Of a stretch of 64,000 nucleotides of DNA, positions 38,900 through 49,574 are shown in pieces. The translations under genes and the position numbers were made by a program. The DNA is from Macrostomum lignano (Eukaryota). The DNA is taken from assembly GCA_002269645.1 (NCBI GenBank), contig NIVC01001855.1, forward strand, positions 62,001 through 126,000. Direction: 5' to 3'. Position 1 is the stretch's first letter. Every line of letters begins with the position of its first letter. The notes beneath the pieces are model-generated. The model did no database searches. It was not told where the DNA came from and saw only the letters and a list, made by a program, of their open reading frames with translations.

Positions 38900-39800
38900 G
38901 TCATACGCTATGTTCATCGTGTCATACACAATCTTATCGAGTCATACACCATGCTTATCGAGTCATACACCATGCTTATCGAGTCATACACCATGCTTAT
39001 CGAGTCATACACCATGCTTATCGAGTCATACACCATGCTTATCGAGTCATACACCATGCTTATCGAGTCATACACCATGCTTATCGAGTCATACACCATG
39101 CTTATCGAGTCATACACCATGCTTATCGAGTCATGCACCATGCTTATCGAGTCATACACCATGCTTATCGAGTCATACACCATGCTTACGAGTCATACAC
39201 CATGCTTATCGAGTCATACACCATGCTTACGAGTCATACACCATGCTTATCGAGTCATACACCATGCTTACGAGTCATACACCATGCTCATCGAGTCATA
39301 CACCATGCTTATCGAGTCATACACCATGCTTATCGTGTCATACACCATGCTTATCGAGTCATACACCATGCTTATCGAGTCATACACCATGCTTATCGAG
39401 TCATACACCATGCTTATCGAGTCATACACCATGCTTATCGAGTCATACACCATGCTTATCGAGTCATACACCATGCTTATCGAGTCATACACCATGCTTA
39501 TCGAGTCATACACCATGCTTATCGAGTCATACACCATGCTTATCGAGTCATACACCATGCTTATCGAGTCATACACCATGCTTATCGAGTCATACACCAT
39601 GCTTATCGAGTCATACACCATGCTTATCGAGTCATACACCATGCTTATCGAGTCATACACCATGCTTATCGAGTCATACACCATGCTTATCGAGTCATAC
39701 ACCATGCTTATCGAGTCATACACCATGCTTATCGAGTCATACACCATGCTTATCGAGTCATACACCATGCTTATCGAGTCATACACCATGCTTACGAGTA
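38900..39800. repeat. 21 bp minisatellite TCATACACCATGCTTATCGAG, segment right of the solo LTR
   Basis: Seen directly; very homogeneous, GCTTATC variant dominant. Confidence 0.98.
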
Positions 39801-40546
39801 TCGTATTAAACGCAGTGATTGTGACCTTGTAACGCACACTTACTTCATTTTGCAATAAAAATATCGCAATACGAATCGCATTCTGTTTAGGACCGGACCA
39901 GCAAAGCTGCCCCTATTGTGGAGGCGCAAAATAAGTTTGCTGTTGACTGACAGATCAGGGAGGGGCCACTGCGGAATACGTGGACTAGAAATACACACGC
40001 ACACGCACCAGTCCAAGTGTTTAATGGTCCATGTGTTGAGATGGGAGCAAGGTTGATCTAACAAATTAGGGAATGGGGAGAAGGGGTGGCTGGGCACATC
40101 CAGAGTTGGTTCCCATAGATAAAGTACTGTTCTTGTTTTTTATTCAATTTGTCCTTCAAAACTTCAAGCGGGTCTGGCGATCGATGCCATCTCTGCCATC
40201 TCATCAAACCCTTCCCTCAGAGATGCAGAGGGGAGGACCAAAGCCATTTCTGCCATATCAGAGAAACGGGGAGAAAATACCAGCACGAAGCAATCATGCG
40301 TCACCCCTCTCTCTCTTCAACTCTTTCTATCCCTCTATTAACGGTAGCCTTGGTGAAGCAACAACCTTACATTATCTCAGTGTGATTGATGTACAGGCAG
40401 GTGCAAACCGCTCGGACCGGTGGTGGGCGATTAGCATAGAAGCTCTAGCTGGCCTATTTATTTCTAGCGATGCTTGCGGGCAAAGCTGTAAACAGTGTAT
40501 TCTCTTCAGTTAGTTGATTTGATATCAGTCGCTTTTTAGATCAACT

Positions 40547-42871
40547 ATGCTCATCAATATCGATAGGATCTTCCTGATGCAACTCGTAGTCATCTGTGGT
40601 GAGTTGTCCGCAGGCGCGAGTTCCATCGTAGGTGTCGACGACGGTAGCTGCGCCGACTTTCACCGAGGGGGCGGCCCGGTCGAGCTGGATATCGCGGTGA
40701 GCAGCGAGATCATCAACGAGACGGAAGTCGACAACGAGCTCCAGTGCGTTCTGAGGTGCCGGACGAGGCGCTGCGCTGCCGCAGTGTTGGTGAACGCCAG
40801 TCGCCTCTGCCAGCTGGTCGTCGTCCACAATGAGTCAGTCGGACCGGGGCCGGAGGGCAGCCACCAGCGCCGGCTGCTGGCCACAGAGGCGGGCGCGGTG
40901 GTTTGGAGGATCGACAACTTCGCCAAGCTGCTCAGCGAAGCTGAGCGGAATGTCAACCCGGAGTTCGTCAGTGAGTTCTCTGCGGCAATTGTTAACTGTT
41001 TAGAGCGTTGTTTTTCGGGAGGTCTTTTTTGGCTCTGTTAAGTCAAAATCCATGATCTAGAAAAGTACACATGCGTAATAAGAGTGTACTTGAAGACTTG
41101 TGGGCCTCGATTCCTTTAGAAGTGCGACTTGTGCAGTGCAGCATGCTCCGTCATCACTACGAGCGTACCATTGCCTTAGGATTTTCCATTTGCCCAACCA
41201 AGGACTAATGGAGGACTACAATAATACTAGCGTTTCAATAAATATGAACTTTCAATCCCATTGAAACCTGCACGTATAGTCCTCCTGAACTAAGATTTTT
41301 TGCACAATACGTGTAAGAGAGATTCTATAGTAATCACTCTTACGCAGATTGCACAGCGGCTCTGACTTTCTAATCGTTAGGCATGTACAATCTATGCCCA
41401 TCAGGCCAGGAGATTAAATAGACTAAGTTAGAAGGCAAGATTTTGACGAGTGCAGATTTTCAAAGACAAATCAACTAGTTTAAAACGTTTAGATTCCAGT
41501 TCCGGTCGCTTCGGTTCGATCCAGCGCAAAGTTGTGGTGGCTAGCGGCTGCTACAAGCTCGAGGCCCGAGGCGCGTCCGGCGGCCAAAGCTACAATAGAA
41601 GAGGAGGCAATGGTGCCGCTGCAATCGGGAACTTCTTCCTGACTGCCGGCACCCGGCTGGAGATTGTGGTCGGTCAGGCTGGCGGCGAAGTCCCTTACTA
41701 TCGCGGAGGCGGCGGCGGCGGAGGCAGCTTCGTGTGCCAGCTGAACTCATCGGAGAGCTGCGAGCTCCTTCTAGCAGCTGGAGGAGGCGGCGGATCCACC
41801 TATTGGAGATATGGTGAGATTTGGGCCTAGTGGTCTTGTGTACTTTTGATTTCCGAATCCCGGTCAGGAAACCATTGAAAGATTCAAAGTGTGCAAGCAT
41901 GATTTAAACAAGGCCTACTTTTCTTGGCAAATTTTAGGAGGCAGACCCAATGTTCATCTTTTGATATGTGTGGCCTTTCTTATTTCTCTATTGATATTCA
42001 TAAAGCTTTTCGTTGATAAAATTAGGATTCTGTGTTAAAGGGGGAATTGCTGAAATGTCAAGACTGAGAAGTCAGAATTCCCGGGGGTGCTGATTGCTAG
42101 TTTTTTTGCTGAAAAATGAAAGCCTCTAATCTCAATAATGTATTTTTTTCAGTTATGACATGTCTCCTAAAATTTTCCAAGAAACGTGGTTTCCTGTTTT
42201 TCTGCTTGAGCAGTCCTTGGATTTACACACTGCAACTGTATTCAACTGTTCAGTTCGTTGCGACCTCAAATTCCATAATTAAAATCTTCCTATTCGATTT
42301 CACCTCCAAAGGCCTCGGCGGTCAGGAAGGACAAAACGGCACAGACGCCAGCAATTATTATCCGGTAAGCGATTATAATCCTCAGTACGGATTCGGCGGG
42401 GCCAATGGGAGCCCCGGCCTGAACGATCCCAGTCTCATGGCCGGCTCAACTGAGTACCGAGTTAACTCAATAACCAACCACGGCGGTTGCGGAGCCGGCT
42501 GGCATGGCAAGCCGATCAACCCACGGCGAGGCGGCGAAGACGGCGATGGTGGCGGAAGTCGCATCGACGGCTGGATTGGCGGCACGGCGGGCGAAGGCAG
42601 CATCGGCCACGGCGGCTTCGGAGGCGGCGGCGGTGGCGGAGCCTTGAACTATACTGGCTACTACCGGTACGGAGCTGGGGGAGGCGGCGGCGGCTACAGC
42701 GGAGGCGGCGCGAGTCTCCGCTACACGGATGCCGGAGGCGGCGGCGGCTCCTTCTGCTCAGGCCGCAACTGCTCGATTGTCGCCGGATCGATGGGGTGGA
42801 GTTCCATCAACCAGCCAGGTCGAGTTGCCATGCAGTTGCTAAGCGTGGAGCGCGAGGCTCACTGCACCTGA
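40547..42871 (+). CDS. Secreted protein, 434 aa: signal peptide + PAN/apple-like domain + ALK/LTK-type glycine-rich domain; exons 40547-40970, 41493-41813, 42312-42871
   Basis: Two phase-1 GTGAG..AG introns join in frame (1305 nt). PAN-like QCVLRCRTRRCAAAV..CQL. GRD motifs YKLEARGASGG, GNFFLTAGTRLEIVVGQAG, GGGGGGSFV, LLLAAGGGGG, GGFGGGGGG, GGGGYSGGG, GGGGGSF. No TM or kinase. Confidence 0.85.
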
Positions 42872-43260
42872 GCTGAGAGTTTATTCTGATATTCTGTTAT
42901 AGACAAGACATAAAAACGGTCTAGTATTTTGCCTGAAAACAACATCGTGATTTTGATGATCCTGATTTTTCAGTGTAGTAAGAAAAAACGCGGTCACGCT
43001 CTTTCTATCCGTGTATCAATCAAGTTTTGTTGAATAGGTTTTTCTTAAAATGTCCTGGCCTAATCGTTTTTTTCTCAAACTTTTGCAAGATGTACCTTGT
43101 TTTGTTTTATTACGGCTCTATCACTGCGCCAGCCGATCGTCCGTCTAAGCCTAAGCCCATGATGCTGCTCTCATTCTAAAGACCTAGCTGACAGTGTATT
43201 TTATTGCATATGTTGCTGCTGATGCTCCTAGTACACCATTTTACGCTTAAGTACATCGCT

Positions 43261-43887
43261 TTTGACGATCTAAATGGGAATTCGGACAATCAAAACGGGA
43301 CGCCATAGACATTCAAGCCAGGCCGCAGACCAAAGTTTAGCAAAGTATACTGAGGGAGGCTTGGCCATAGACTATAACTTTGGACATTCAATATGAGAAA
43401 AAGCCATTCAAAACGGGAATCGGACTGTCCCTTGACTATCCTGTTTGCTCGTCTTTGTCCTGAAAGCGACGCCATTCAATGGCGCCACTAATTCCTGTAG
43501 CAGATCGCCAGGAGCTGCAAGAATCTTGCAAATCAAGAAAACAACCGCATTCTGAATCGCTGCCAACTTTCGACTTCGATGGCAGGGTGGAATCCCTTCC
43601 TCGCGGTGGTCGGAAAGACAGGGTTGTGCAAGGCCGATCAGGAAATGAGAGAATTCTTGGTTGAGAAACTTGATGAAAATCCTTTCCTGACGCTCAAGGA
43701 AATGTCTGAACTTCCGACCGAGCGTTTTTCCGAGACAAAAAATACATTAAACTGGGTGAATTCCCGTTTTGATTGTCCATTCCACATTCTATGATTGTGT
43801 ATTCCCAAGCAGCCCGAGCCTGTGGCCTGGCTTGAATGTCTGTGGCGTCCCGTTTTGATTGCTCAAATTCCCATTTAGATCGTCAAA
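43261..43887 (+). mobile_element. Internally deleted Tc1/IS630-like element with about 67 bp inverted repeats and a frameshifted transposase N-terminal remnant
   Basis: 43261-43329 is the near reverse complement of 43821-43887; peptides GRVESLPRGGRK and DQEMREFLVEKLDENPFLTLKEM in adjacent frames resemble the Tc1 HTH region. Confidence 0.65.
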
Positions 43888-44004
43888 AATTTCTGAGCGT
43901 CAGTCGCCACTACGAGGCGGTTTTGGCCATAGACTGTCGGAATACTTCGTTTCCAATTCAGACAATTTAGCCTATAGAGTTTTTTAAATTGACGTTCCGT
44001 GCTA

Positions 44005-44612
44005 TACTGTCCGTCAAAAGTTCCGGAACCCTTGCCACGATGTCTTCTAGCGGACATAATTTCAGTCCGTTTCAATTGTAACTTGATTCAAATGAAAGCT
44101 GCGGATCTCAGCTCCATGATGTGGTCAAGAAAAAGTTTATTCGAAGGAGCGCGTGTGAACAGGCCAGTGTTATGTACATAAAGGTTAGAGAAAAAAAGTG
44201 AGGAAAAGACAAACAAGCAATTGTTTTTTACTCTTTTTTACTCTCCCATGAAAGCTGGCTGCACAAGAATCCATAAGAGCCTGTTGATTTCAACACAAGT
44301 TTTGGCCATAGACTAATGTTAGCCAGGCTGAACACTGCGCGCAAACCGATTCCTTCCCATGTGTGTTTGCTCCATAGACTCAGTAACCATAGACAATTGC
44401 TTGTTTGTCTTTTCCTCACTTTTTTTCTCTGACCTTCATGTGCATAACACTGGCCTGTTCACACGCGCTCCTTCGAATAAACTTTTTCTTGACCACATCA
44501 TGGAGCTGAGATCCGCAGCTTTCATTTGAATCAAGTTACAATTGAAACGGACTGAAATTATGTCCGCTAGAAGACATCGTAGCAAGGGTTCCGGAACTTT
44601 TGACGGACAGTA
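44005..44612. mobile_element. Non-autonomous Tc1/mariner-type element, 608 bp, about 220 bp TIRs, TA target duplication
   Basis: TA|TACTGTCCGTCAAAAGTTCCGG...CCGGAACTTTTGACGGACAGTA|TA; 44005-44224 inverted at 44393-44612 with few mismatches. Confidence 0.88.
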
Positions 44613-44903
44613 TATAATGCATAGCTTAGCCTTTTTAAAAATTTTCTTCAAAACAACTTCGAAAAATGATCTTGTCTACGTGTTTGCTTGCATTAGAAAC
44701 TATACCATGTTTTTACTGAAGGTTTTTTGAACTTGAATTTCCGTGCTACAGTTCGTTTATTTAGTGCATTGCATCAGGATGGCTACAAGCCAGTCTGTAA
44801 ATTTATTGAACAATCAGAACGTGAATGTGCGGAACCAACATGATTTATTTCTGTAGCATAAGCAAATGCAGTCTAATGCAGTAAAAACAAATCGGATCAA
44901 ACG

Positions 44904-47900
44904 TCACGACCAGTTCTGGCCAGTGGCCAACGCTCGGAACTCATCGAAGCTCACCAGCAGCTCCTCGGAGTTCGAGCCGCTGCCGGACTCGCCGCCATTC
45001 TTTATCTTGGCTGTGAGCAGCATCTCCACGGCCTCGACTTCGCTGACCTCCTCGCCCAGGCAGGACATCACGTGACGCAGCTCCTTGACGGACAAATAGC
45101 CGTCCTCGTCTCTGTCGAACACGCGGAAAGTCTCGCGGATCTCTTCTTCAGCATCCGCGTCGCTGGTTTTGCGCAGCATCAGGGTGAGGAACTCGGACAG
45201 GTCCACGCTGCCGTTGCCGTCCTCGTCAACCTCGTTGATCATCTCCTGCGTTTTCAGGGACTCTTTATTATTAAACAGTAGGACCAAGGAGGTATTCTAC
45301 AATGTACGAGGTGTTTCCGGAAAGTTCTGACTAGCTTAATCCCAGAGTAGTGTCATTTTTAAGCGGCGCGTCTCTTCTTTCCAATGAATTCAGTCGCGTG
45401 TATTTTGATCATTTCATTCAAAAATGATGCGTGTGAAAAGCCATCGCAATGTCACTGATAGTCTTACAGCAAAAGGTGAAGAACATAACTTAGTCAGTTT
45501 TTTATGGATCTTCTTTGCAGTACGCAAGTACGAGTGTACACAAAACGGCTCTGATGTACAGTGCATCCCTCTCTTACCGGCCACCCCTTCTCTGTTGAGT
45601 ATTTTATACACTCCGTTACTTCTAAGCAAATCTCACTGTGTTTGCACCTTGCGAAAGTTTACTTAATTAGTCAAGTTTTTTATTTTTATGATTATTGACA
45701 TCATCATGAGTCTACAATCGAAAGAAGGCCGAAGTTACAGAATGCTCAAGCAATGGGAAAAGTGTGTGTTGCTACAGGTTGAGAAGGCTTCTATGTTGAG
45801 AAGGCTGCCTTGAAGGTTGATTATGATGATAAATATGACTACAATTCGTTTTTTTGAGGACAAAATATCGCTTTTTATTTTTTTATTCTTTTGAGTGAAA
45901 TGAGATTAAAAGTGTCAGAACTTTCTCTGGACACCCATCGTACTATACGATTCAATGTACAGTGCTTCAGACTGTACTTGAGCAGTCAATGAATATTGTT
46001 GCTAGCATTGCACTAAGTGAGGATTTAACACAGACGCTGGCTTCGCACTAAATCAATCTAAGATCTTTTAGCCATAGGAAACTTTCCCCAGCAGCGATTT
46101 TTTGCTTTCAATTTTTGGTCGGTTTGCACACGAGAAATTTGAAAGTCTTGGTCATGTTACATGATGTGCGAGATCCCAGGACTGAAAGATTATTTAAAAA
46201 TCGGCAGTAACAGGGTAGCTGGCTCGTACTAAAATTTTGTTTTTTTTAGTAGTCCTTGCCTTGTCGTCGGTGAGTCTGTGTCTGTGGTATCTGCAGTAAG
46301 GCTTGGCCATAGAACACTGCATTTAAACGAACCTCGTGATTTTTTCACCATAAATAGCAAGACTTCCGTCCTGAGTGATAATGCTGTCCTTGATTCGATT
46401 TTTATAATCTCAAAACTTCACAAGTTCGAAATTTTATAATATTGAATTCATCTTAAGTTGTGAACTAGCGAAAGTGGCTAGCAAGACTTTTCGGAAATGT
46501 GTCGTTAAGTTTCAAGCTTGTGAAGATTCGAGCTTGTGAAGATTCGAGCTTGTGAAGATTCGAGCTTGTGAAGATTCGAGCTTGTGAAGATTCAACCCTG
46601 TGAAGATTCGAGCTTGTGAAGATTCGAGCTTGTGAAGATTCAACCCTGTGAAGATTCGAGCTTGTGAAGATTTGAGCTTGTGAAGATTCAACCCTGTGAA
46701 GATTCGAGCTTGTGAAGATTTGAGCTTGTGAAGATTCAACCCTGTGAAGATTCGAGCTTGTGAAGATTTGAGCTTGTGAAGATTCAACCCTGTGAAGATT
46801 CGAGCTTGTGAAGATTTGAGCTTGTAAAGATTTGAGCTTGCTTGTGAAGATTCGAGCTTGTGAAGATTCGAGCTTGTGAAGATTTGAGGTTGTGAAGATT
46901 TGAGGTTGTGAAGATTCGAGCTTGTGAAGATTCGAACTTGTGAAGATTCGAGCTTGTTAAGATTCAACCCTGTAAGGATTTGAGCTTGTGAAGATTCAAC
47001 CCTGTAAAGATTCGAGCTTGTGAAGATTTGAGCTTGTAAAGATTTGAGCTTGCTTGTGAAGATTCGAGCTTGTGAAGATTCAACCCTGTAAAGACTCGAG
47101 CTTGTGAAGATTTGAGCTTGTGAAGATTCAACCCTGTGAAGATTCGAGCTTGTGAAGATTTGAGCTTGTAAAGATTTGAGCTTGCTTGTGAAGATTTGAG
47201 CTTGTGAAGATTCAACCCTGTGAAGATTCGAGCTTGTGAAGATTCGAGCTTGTGAAGATTCGAGCTTGTGAAGATTCGAGCTTGTGAAGATTCGAGCTTG
47301 TGAAGATTTGAGCTTGTGAAGATTTGAGCTTGTAAAGATTTGAGCTTGTAAAGATTTGAGCTTGTGAAGATTCAACCCTGTGAAGATTTGAGCTTGTGAA
47401 GATTTGAGCTTGTAAAGATTTGAGCTTGTGAAGATTCAACCCTGTAAAGATTTGAGCTTGTGAAGATTTGAGCTTGTAAAGATTTGAGCTTGTGAAGATT
47501 CAACCCTGTGAAGATTTGAGCTTGTGAAGATTTGAGCTTGTAAAGATTTGAGCTTGTGAAGATTCAACCCTGTAAAGATTCGAGCTTGTGAAGATTCAAC
47601 CCTGTAAAGACTCGAGCTTGTGAAGATTTGAGCTTGTGAAGATTCAACCCTGTGAAGATTCGAGCTTGTGAAGATTTGAGCTTGTAAAGATTTGAGCTTG
47701 CTTGTGAAGATTCGAGCTTGTGAAGATTCGAGCTTGTGAAGATTCGAGCTTGTGAAGATTCGAGCTTGTGAAAATTTGAGCTTGTGAAGATTCAACCCTG
47801 TGAAGATTCGAGCTTGTGAAGATTCGAGCTTGTGAAGATTCGAGCTTGTGAAGATTCGAGCTTGTGAAGATTCGAGCTTGTGATGATTCGAGCTTGTGAA

Positions 47901-48147
47901 GATTCGAGCTTGTGAAGATTCGAGCTTGTAAAACGCTCCCTGTAAGAAATTTTTTACCTACTAATTAAATAAGACATGCAGGTATACTAACCTTAATCTC
48001 GGCATCTGAAGGATGCCGCCCCAGTGACCGCATCACCGAGCCCAGCTCCGCCGCCGTGATGGACCCGTCGCTGTCCCGATCGAAGATGCCGAAGGCGGCT
48101 TTGTACAGAGCCAGTTCTTCCTCGCTCAGCTGCTCGGCAGTGGACAT
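44904..48147 (-). CDS. Calmodulin-like EF-hand protein, 165 aa; exons 48147-47992 and 45245-44904
   Basis: EF loops [36 protein letters not shown]; phase-0 intron GTTAGT..CGCAG; likely 5' UTR intron 48281-48160. Confidence 0.9.
45305..45942 (+). mobile_element. Decayed mariner-like element in the calmodulin-like intron
   Basis: Imperfect TIRs TACGAGGTGTTTCCGGAAAGTTCTGAC / GTCAGAACTTTCTCTGGACACCCATCGTA; internal QWEKCV resembles the mariner C-terminal RWEKCV. Confidence 0.6.
46514..47930. repeat. 16 bp minisatellite TGAAGATTCGAGCTTG in the calmodulin-like intron
   Basis: Seen directly, with a TGAAGATTCAACCCTG variant. Confidence 0.97.
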
Positions 48148-48689
48148 GATCGAATATAGCTGTAGCTTAGCTTGCAGCTCACGCAAGAGAGAGTAGCTAA
48201 TGCTTAAATCGCAGTCTTCTGCCTAGCGCAGTGCATAACGCGCACGTTGAATCCAGGAGAACAATAGAGACTTAGGCTCACCGGGCTTGAGAAGTTTGAA
48301 AAGCAAAGTGGCTTGCGAGTTCAGTTTACTCTTTAACTAAGTTGAGTTGGTGACCGGTGTACGCTCGGGGCAGATATGCAACGGTGTTTAGCCAAAGACG
48401 ACTTTACGAGTAAGAGCTCGTCCATGTATTGCATATTCTGAGCTGAGTTCAACTACAAGAAGAACTCAAAAGACCACATGATTATTGTTTACTTTTAATT
48501 AATTCCCCAAATGAAATTTTAAGATTGAACTACAACAAACGAGCTTTGTATATTTTGTCTTCGATTTAATATTAAAACATACATTTAGCTTATATAATAG
48601 GAATAACGATTTCACGATCAACAACTCAAAAATGGCTTAGTTCTCATGATAAGGTCAAAAGCCAGAAATATTCTCATTCAATAATTGCA

Positions 48690-49175
48690 ATTCACTCGAT
48701 TCTCCCGATTCACTCAATTCACACCATTGACTCAATTCACATCATTCACTAGATTCACACCATTGACTCAATTCACACCATTGACTCAATTCACACCATT
48801 CACTCAATTCACATCATTCACTCAATTCACACCATTGACTCAATTCACACCATTCACTAGATTCACACCATTGACTCAATTCACACCATTGACTCAATTC
48901 ACATCATTCACTAGATTCACACCATTGACTCAATTCACATCATTCACTAGATTCACACCATTGACTCAATTCACACCATTGACTCAATTCACACCATTCG
49001 CTCAATTCACATCATTCACTCAATTCACACCATTGACTCAATTCACATCATTCACTAGATTCACACCATTCACTCAATTCACACCATTGACTCAATTCAC
49101 ATCATTCACTCGATTGACACCTTTCATTCAATTGTCACGATTCACTCAATTTTAACCATTCACTCAATTCACAAA
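48690..49175. repeat. 18 bp minisatellite TTCACACCATTGACTCAA
   Basis: Seen directly; between the FN2 receptor stop and the calmodulin-like gene. Confidence 0.96.
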
Positions 49176-49574
49176 TATAAAAGCTAATTAGAGCGCGTAA
49201 GTTAAAGCAAATGTTATTTGATCGCAATAAATCTTGCCTCATTTGTTGACGCTGTGAACGAGCCTCAAGGTATGACAACCTTTGCACATTGTTGTGCTGA
49301 TAGCAGCACAGACGTGAGACAAGGAATAATGTTGGAAACCAAGGACCACAAGAAGTTACCGGTCACTGATTTGTCACTGATTTGTCACTAACCATAAAAC
49401 AAAAAACCGCATTTCTGCCAAATACGCTGAAAACAAAACCAATGGGAAAGAACACAGAGGTTGACAAATGAATAGTTAAAAAACAGAAAAAACTCGCCTT
49501 TACTACTACAAATAGCTCTAATGGCTAGAAGCATAACTTTTCTGCATACTCCATAGGCTTAGAAACGGTAATTG

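Noticed and set aside
39860-40400. Possible LINE remnant (CPYCG) or coding exon
   Set aside because: No sustained ORF or recognisable RT or endonuclease motif.
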